Of a stretch of 64,000 nt of DNA, positions 55,726-64,000 are shown piece after piece. Every line of letters starts with the position of its first letter. The stretch's first letter is position 1. This DNA is from the human T2T-CHM13v2.0 reference genome, Homo sapiens. The notes below the pieces were generated by a model. It searched no databases, was not told the origin of the DNA, and was given only the letters and a program-made list of their open reading frames with translations. The position numbers and the translations under genes are program-made. The stretch is taken from assembly GCF_009914755.1 (NCBI RefSeq), contig NC_060938.1; one strand, 5' to 3'.

Positions 55726-56021
55726 AGCCGGACACAGTGGCTTACACCTGTAATCCCAGCACTTTGGGAGGCTGAGATGAGAGGGTCACCTGAGGTTAGG
55801 GGTTCAAGACCAGCCTGGCCAACATGGTGAAACCCCATCTCTACCAAAAATACAAAAATTAGCTGGGCGTGGTGGCAGGCACCTGTAGTCCTGGCTACTT
55901 GGGACGCTGAGGCAGGAGAATCACTTGGACCCAGGAGGTGGAGGTTGCAGCGAAGCTGAGATCACACCGCTATACTCCAGCCCGGGCAACAAGAGCGAAA
56001 CTCCATTAAAAAAAAAAAAAA
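55726..56021 (+). mobile_element. AluS
   Basis: Full dimer. Confidence 0.93.
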
Positions 56022-56428
56022 GCTCAACCTAAAAGACGGCAGAAAAAGAGGAAAAGGAAACAACAGATGGCACGCTATCAACCAGCGTGACTTAGCTGAT
56101 ATTTATAAAACACTTCACCCAAGGACAACAGAATACACACTCCTCTCCAACGCACATGGAATATGTACCAAAGTAGGCCATATTCTGGGCTACAGAACAA
56201 GTCTTGATAAATGTAAATGAACCCCCACTTTACAAAATTTGCTCTGTGCTCACAAATTAGACATCAATACCCAAAAGACATCTGGAAAATGACATAATAT
56301 TAGAAACAAAATAATATACATCTAAGTAATGCATGGGCCAAAGCAAAAATCAAAAGTTGCCCATATCAAAACATCTCATGTACCCCATAAATATATACAC
56401 CTACTATGTACCCACAAAATTTAAAAAT

Positions 56429-56596
56429 TGGGGTGGGGGGAGAGGGGAGCGATAGCATTAGGAGATATACCTAATGTAAATGACAAGTTAATGGGTGTAG
56501 CACACCAACATGGCACATATATACATATGTAACAAACCTGCACATTGTGCACATGTACCCTAGAACTTAAAGTATAATAAAAAAAATTAAAAAAAG
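56429..56596 (+). mobile_element. L1PA 3' end (5'-truncated primate L1)
   Basis: gatagcattaggagatatacctaatgtaaatgac...gtaccctagaacttaaagtataataaaa. Confidence 0.92.
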
Positions 56597-56722
56597 AAGA
56601 AATCAAAAGTAACTCAAAGTGAATGAAAATAAAAACTGACATTATCAGTACTTGCAAGATGCAGCTAAAGTGGTGCTCAGAGGAAAATTCATAGCATGAA
56701 TTGCCATTAAAAAAGAGGAAAG

Positions 56723-57051
<329 letters not shown>

Positions 57052-57145
57052 TTACCTTAGGAAACAAGAAAAGAGAGAGCAAATCAAGTCCAAAGTAAAA
57101 AGAAGAAAGGAAATAATAAAGTAAAATTAGGTATCAGTGACATTG

Positions 57146-57438
57146 AAAAGCCAAGAGGAGACAGAAACACAAAGTCAAATACTGCATGTTCTCACTTATA
57201 AGTGGGTGCTAAATGATGGGTACACAGGGGCATGCAGAGTGGAATAGTAGACATTGGAGATTATGAAACATGGGAGGGTGGGGATGGGGGTGAGGGATAG
57301 AAAATTCCCTATTGGATACAATGTTCACTCTTCAGATGATGTGTATAGGAAAAGCCCAGACTTTACCACTATGCAATATATGCATGGAAGAAACCTGCAC
57401 TTGTACCCCCCAAAAATATACAAATAAAAAATTAAAAA
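57146..57438 (+). mobile_element. L1PB/L1MA 3' end
   Basis: aaatactgcatgttctcacttataagtgg...agcccagactttaccactatgcaatat...cacttgtacccc. Confidence 0.85.
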
Positions 57439-57864
57439 GGAGAGAATGAAACAAAAGCTTTTTCTTTGAGAAAATCATAAAATTATATGCTTTCTTTTTT
57501 TCCCAAGAGTTGTATTCCCACCAGTTCTGAATTGCATTCCAGTGCCTTCAAATGGTTTTTTAAAAATTTGCTATTCAGAGATTTTAATGGTTACAATCAG
57601 GAGGCTTGGTCAGATTCAAGCCACCCCACCATTTACTGTACCTGGAACCCTGGCTTCCATAGCTACTTGTCACACTGTATGCTTCCTTCTGTAGCCTTCT
57701 CTCCTACTTATTTGATGTTTCCCATTGTCTGTGAGCCAGGAGATCGAATAATCATACTTGTGAGAATTGTATAACAGCCAGAATCAGTGGCTCTGGCAGA
57801 CTCTCTGGTGAATGAGGTCTGTGCGTTTCCATTCAAACACCTCTTTTGTTTACTTCCCAGGAGA

Positions 57865-58105
57865 TGGTATGATGTAATGAAATGGAGATGGGCCACAGAG
57901 TCTGACTTGACCGAGGTTCAAATCCTAGGTTTGCCACTTAGGAGTATCATGACCTTGGGCAATGTACCTCACCTCTGTGGACTCAGTTTCCTTACCTGTG
58001 AAATGAGGTTGCATTGAATCTCCAGACTGCTGTAGGGCCTAAAGGACATAATATATTGAAAGTTCCTAACATCACCCCTGGCACCCCCTGGTGCTCAGCA
58101 CAAAT
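57865..58105 (+). mobile_element. MIR
   Basis: ggttcaaatcctagg...tgaccttgggcaa...ctcagtttccttacctgtgaaatg. Confidence 0.8.
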
Positions 58106-59954
58106 GACCTTTCCTTCCTTAACCCTTTCCCTCCTGTCCTGGAGAATATCTGTTGACTGGTAAGTTACCTCCAGATGAGTAAATCAGGGTGTGTCGAGGT
58201 ATTAATATATATTTGAGCCAATTTGCTTTTTAAGTTTTCTTTGTGCGTGTGCTAACAAATTGTAAAGGCATCAAAGATTCTATTCACTACTTTCCAGTTC
58301 CTTGGCCACCCCCCTCTGCCACCGTTAGGCTGAATCAGCTCTGGTCCTGAGTCCCCCACCAGAATGACTATGTCTGGGGCCAATAAAGTCCATTGCCCAT
58401 CCCAGGGGGCACTATTGGCCATCATTAACATTAAATTCTATAGTCCTGGCCGGAGCGAGAACCCATTCTCTCCCCAGTCACCAGGACAGGACCAGCAGGC
58501 TGGGAATGTCACTTTATTTGGATTTGGTTCATGGGATGGGGGTCTCAGAACAAATTGGAAGGCCTCACACAGGCAACTGGGCCCAACCAGCTGGGCTCCT
58601 GACCCGGGACCTCGTTCTGGCCTGTCTCCCCAAAGCTTATCCACCTAGGATGAGTGCCTTGAAAGTGTACCAAAAATAGAAGTGGCGACGTTTTCAGGAG
58701 TTGGTGAAGTCTGACCTTTTACCCTTAGTGAGTCTGTGTAAGGCGTGAGACAACATGGTCTGTCGTCCTTTACGTGCAGGTTTTGGGCAGATGTGCAGAT
58801 GACGCATCTACCTGCCTTGGGTGTAGTGTGGCGGCCACCAGACCAAGCCTCGTCCAGCTGCCTTCTGCTGAACAGCTGTGGACCCATAAAAGGAAATGCC
58901 AGACCTCCCAGCTCTTGCCTCAGAGACAAGCCTCCCTCACATCTGTCTCCTCCACCAGCCCTCCCCTGAAAACTGAATTTAAAATCAAGCAGGGCTAGGG
59001 AGTCACCGCTCCTGGGGTGTTTTCAGGAATTATCACAGGCCCTGTTCAAAGTGTATAATGTTCTTAAACTGACAGGATTAGGGGATTAAAATTCTATACA
59101 TTCTAGAATCCAGGTATCAGAAACTCTCTTGAGAAAAAAATGCCTGGCTTGGTGGAGGGGAGTTAAAGTGCTGTAATATCTAGCAGGTGTCTTCAAAGGC
59201 CTGCACATGGCCCACGCATTGTCTAACTATGCACTTGTTCATGTGTTGCTTCATTCATTCATGCACATTTATTCATTAGATTGTTTATTTGTTCACACAT
59301 CAAAATAATATTTCTTGAGCACCTATTATGTGCCAGACACTGAGCTGGGTACTGGGGTTGCTGGGGCAAATGTGATGGCCCAACTTTGCCTCTTCAATAC
59401 CCACTCCCCATTCTTCTGGCATCAACATCCTGAATTTGTTTAGGGGACAGCCCATCCAATGGACAGAGCCTGAGTGGGGCCCACATCCAAGTGGGGCCTG
59501 CCCTTCTGTGGCCCAATGCAGGCCAGTCAAGAGTATTCCCCCTGGAATTGGAATCTTGAGCAGCATAACATGACAGGGACAAAGGATTACTCTTCATGTA
59601 TAGCCCTGGCACCCCCAGAGACTCTCCATGTGCCCCTGCCCTGGATCACTGCTGTTCTCTGAACCCAGTCTGGTTTTTATTCTAATTCTTTGAGCTCTCC
59701 CAAATCCTCCCAATCAATTTTGCTTTGCTTAAGTAAACCAGTTTTATTTCCGTTACTAGCAACTCCAGAGCCCTAATATATTCTCTATCCCCCAAGAGCT
59801 CACAGTCTCGTAGGACAGACAAGTAAACCAATGATTTGGGCTCAGATACCCTTATAGCAATTACACTGAGCGTTCTGAGAGCCCAGAGGAAGGGCCTTGA
59901 TTAATTTCTTAGCCTCAGTTTCTCTTTAAATGAAGAGCCCTGTAAACCACTCCA

Positions 59955-60520
59955 GGTATTCCAGTTATTCATTGCTTTATAATATACCATCCACAGCTGT
60001 ATGGCTTAAAATATGGATGCATTATTGTCTCCTGTGGTTCTGGGATTTGACTGGACTCAGCCAGTTCTTGCGTAGGTTCTCTTATGCTGTTTGTAGTTGG
60101 ATTCAGCTGGGGTTGGAATTATCTGAGGGCTTGACGTTGCAGGACGTCCAAGATGGCTCACACAGCATGATGACCTGCTGGTCGTCAACTGGGAGCATGG
60201 CTAAGGCTGTCCCTGGGAACATCCATATATGGCCTCTCTGTGTAAAGAATTTTACAACACAGAGTGCTCCAAGATCAACCCCAGAGACCCCAGTGGACAC
60301 TGCAAGGCTTCTTATGACCTAGCCCTAGAAGTCCCAGAATACCACTAATGACCACTTTATATTTGTCAAGCAAGTCTGTAAGGCCAGCCCAGATTCCAGG
60401 GGAGGCAAATTAGACCCCACATCCTAATGAGAGAATGAGACAGTCCCACTACAGGTACAGCATGTGGGATGGGAGCTACTGTTGTGGCCATCTTTGGGAA
60501 ACATGATTTCTCTCACCAGG
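59955..60520 (-). mobile_element. MLT1-type LTR
   Basis: ggcttaaaa...tgcaaggcttcttatgacctagccctagaagtcc...aaggccagcccagattc. Confidence 0.7.
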
Positions 60521-61103
60521 TATTCCTTCTAGAACATTCCTTGGGCTACTCACATGCCCAAAATAGGTGGCAGATCTTTGGTGCTTGATCCTAAGTCTCT
60601 CCTATGTTAGATGTGACTAATTACTTTGGAAATACCAGTCCCCAGAGTCTTCTGGCATTGTCATGAAGCTTTGTCAACAGAATCAGACCAACCCTCAAAG
60701 CTTTAGATTCAAACTCTGTGTTTTCGTCTCAGTTCTAACGCTGAGTTGCTGTGTGAACTTGGTAAGTTGCTTCATCTCTCTGACCCTCAATTTCCTGCTC
60801 TGTAAAGGTGACTATTAAACATAGCAGTCCTGCTGAACTCCTGGGATTATGGTGAAAACAAAATGAAATTTTGCAAGTGAAGGAGATTTGTTAACTGTAA
60901 AGACCAGGGCACACATAGCAGATTATGGTGATGCCGGCTCCATTGAGGAAGGCACTTTCTATACATTACTCTCCCCAAATCCCTGTAAGGCAGGCAGGCA
61001 GCCTTGTAAGTGAGGAAATTAGCTCAAATTCCATTTCTTATTTAAGCCACTTGCTATAAAATTTGAGTCCAGATCTTCTGCAGGCCCCAATCCCTGAGTG
61101 GGC

Positions 61104-61414
61104 TTTTTTTCTTTTTCTCCTTTCCTTTTTTTTTTTTTTGGGACAGTCTCGCTCTGTCACCCATGCTGGAGTGCAGTAGCATGATCTTGGTTCACTGAAA
61201 CCTCCACCTCCCAGGTTCAAGCGATACTTGTGCCTTAGCCTCCCAAGTAGCTGGGATTACAGTCATGCGCCACCATACCTGGCTAATTTTTTTTAGTAGA
61301 GACAGGGTTCTGCCATATTGGCCAGACTGGTCTTGAACTCCTGGCCTCGAGTGATCTGCCCACCTCGGTCTCCCAGAGTGCTGGGATGACAGGTGTAAGC
61401 CACCGCACCTGGCC
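61104..61414 (-). mobile_element. Alu (S/J)
   Basis: Antisense dimer; perfect TSD ccctgagtgggcttttt. Confidence 0.93.
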
Positions 61415-61716
61415 CCTGAGTGGGCTTTTTAAGAGTTGCTTTTTCATTGTTAAAGAAACTAGAAGGACCTGGGTGTGGGTAAATCCCCACAGATTCTAGC
61501 TTAGAGTGGGTGCTTCATCCATAAGTGTTGGTTGAATGAAAGAATGATGGATGAATGAATGCATGATTAACGACCAACCTGGCATTTTGCTCAGGACACC
61601 TTCCGGACCTTTGAAAACTCAATTGAACCTCTCGTTATTCTTGTATTACTTGATTTCTTTCAGTTTAAAAACTCGTAGTTCAGGTAGGGTAAATTCAGGT
61701 TTCTTTCAGATGTTGA

Positions 61717-62064
<348 letters not shown>

Positions 62065-62499
62065 CTTCTATTAGGGTCCCCACCTCGCCCCCTCCCTGTC
62101 TTCATTCCTCCAGGGAACAGGCTGAGTCCCTACCTGAGCCAGGCACTGTGCTTGCCCTGAGAATGTGGAGTGGCAACCATTTATTGACTGTGCCATCCTG
62201 TTTCCGTATCTGTGACTCCACCAGGCAGACCTCACTGCTTACCCCACAAGGAGCCCTGGCGCCTTGAACTGTGCCTGGACCACAGGGCAGTGACCAGTGA
62301 GCGTTTATTAAATGAATAAACAAATGCACAAATGTTCCCAGTGAATGATTTTGGAAAACGCCCAAGTGTTGTTTCAGTTCAGTGAAAAGCGAACATTTGG
62401 CTTCAGCTGAGGTTCACTCCACCGTGGGTTGCTGGGTCATTTCAGTTCAGGGCTCTGTTGAGGAATGTGGGGTTTTGCCTGGGTTGGGTTGAGAGCAGC

Positions 62500-62930
62500 A
62501 ATGGGTGCCTTTATCAGGGGCAGAGGGGCGCCCGGAAGCCTTTCTTTTGAAAGTCCCCGTGACCCCTAGCGCTGAGACAAATGCACCGTGTCGCTGCCCA
62601 GCGGCCGGCAATTCCCGCGCGCGCCCCCCAGCCCCCGTCCTCCCAGGCGCGACCTTGATGGAGCGACCCTTGGCCGCGGCGCCGGGACTCAGACAATGCA
62701 CAATGCGCCGAGCCTGGGCCGCAGCTCCTCAGCGCGGCCACAAGCGCTCTATTGAGCCGGCTGGCGGCGGGCGCTGGAGGCGGCGAGTGGTGCGAGGAGA
62801 GGTGCTCTGAGGCCTCTTTGTTCAGGGGCTCACGTGGGGGCAGTTGCTCCGCCGCCCACACAAGTATGCAAAGCCTCCCTGACCCTGGCGGTGGAAAAAG
62901 CCTGCCGGCCACCCCCAACCAGAACCAGAA
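62500..62930. promoter_or_regulatory. Small orphan CpG island (candidate distal enhancer/promoter)
   Basis: Non-repetitive, CpG-dense segment (e.g. cccgcgcgcgccc, ggccgcggcgccggg) with CCGGAAG (ETS) at 62532 and CACGTG at 62831; no recognisable coding exon. Confidence 0.75.
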
Positions 62931-63454
62931 TTGGGGTCTTATTCCATACCAGCAGCCCTGCCCGCCCATGCCTTGAAATCTCTATTTTCCGGTGGGGAAA
63001 TTGAGGCCAGAGAGGCCAATGAGCTTGTGTGGACCTGGCCAACCTGAGAAGGCCTAGAAAGCCCCAAATTCACAAGAATGCATTAATAGGGGATGAAAGC
63101 CATAGTGAAAGAGATCATGGAAGAGGCCTCCTGTTGGTTTGGGCAAGCAAGGACGCGGTGTTTTTGATGGGCCCTCTACAGGGGGCGGGCCAGGTAATGG
63201 AAAGAATATGGGCCTTGGATCCCGGAAGTCCAGGCTCAAATCCTGGCTCTACTTGCGGTGTCTATGCAATCTTGGGCAGGCGTCTGACCGCTCTGTGCTT
63301 TTGTATAAAATATTACCTAGCTCACAAGATAATACACGCCCAGCCCTGGATCCCAGGGGACAGGCAGCCCTCTGGAACCACAGGATCTGACACTGTCGGG
63401 GACAGTGGAAGGGGCCCAAACTTCCCACCTGGAAAGACCTGAGACGCTTATGCT

Positions 63455-63605
63455 TTGATGTTTATGGACTGTGTGGCCTCTGAAGCTGCCTTTCTTATTT
63501 GTAAAGTGGGACTAATAATACCCCAGTCAGAGGGCTCCGGTGGAGTTTTAATGAGGTCACACAGTGAAAGCATCTGGCACATAGTAGGTGCTCAGTAAAC
63601 AGCAG
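63455..63605 (+). mobile_element. MIR 3' part
   Basis: tgtaaagtgggactaataatacc...ctggcacatagtaggtgctcagtaaa. Confidence 0.72.
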
Positions 63606-64000
63606 CTGTAGTGATTGCTGTGTCATCCCTGAGGATGCAGGATGTCACCCAGGCTCTGCCAGGTAGGCCAGCCTGGGGTGGCTTGCAGACAGGTAGGATC
63701 CTTGAGTCTCTTCAGGGCTGGAGACGGCCTTCCACTCCTGGGGGAGGACCTTGGGGAGGGGCACACCAGGAGCAGAAGGTGTTTGAGGTCGGCCAGTGTG
63801 GAGGCAACAGTGCCCCCTACTGGACAGTCTGCAGAGTCCGAGGGTCTCCGGCACCTTGGCCCGGTTGAGCTGCCGGGACCTGGCTGATCCTTCTGGAGGA
63901 GGAGCCTCTCAGAAATCTCCGGAGCTGGCCCCTCTCCCAGGTGAATCCTATTGTGTTGGCCGGAGGCGCTACCCTCCCCACATCCTGCCAAGGACTGCCT

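Overview
Human (primate) genomic DNA, not prokaryotic. The only protein-coding feature is the first coding exon of CLMN (calmin) on the minus strand (CDS 21912-21993, MAAHEWDWFQREELIGQISDIRVQNLQ, followed by a GT donor). It lies in a CpG island with a GC-box/G-quadruplex-rich promoter. Positions 1-21911 are CLMN intron 1 and about 22.1-64 kb is upstream intergenic DNA (14q32.13, recalled, not checked). About half the window is interspersed repeat: 23 Alu copies or fragments, L1/HAL1, L2, MIR, MaLR and ERV1 LTRs and MER DNA transposons. Repeat subfamily calls are from remembered consensus sequences and boundaries are approximate. I found no convincing new gene or novel multi-component system. 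The best leads are: (1) an orphan CpG island about 40 kb upstream, flanked by a consensus DR4 nuclear-receptor element; (2) several other nuclear-receptor-type elements (ER6, ER8, DR3-like) around a gene reported to respond to vitamin D and retinoic acid; (3) a diverged ~300 bp local duplication in intron 1 with a 49/50-identical core; (4) a compact TGTACA/ACAAT multi-palindrome that looks like a templated-insertion scar; (5) a fused transposon-end hairpin; (6) a 40-bp minisatellite with higher-order structure. Nearly all ORFs in the supplied track are non-coding shadows.
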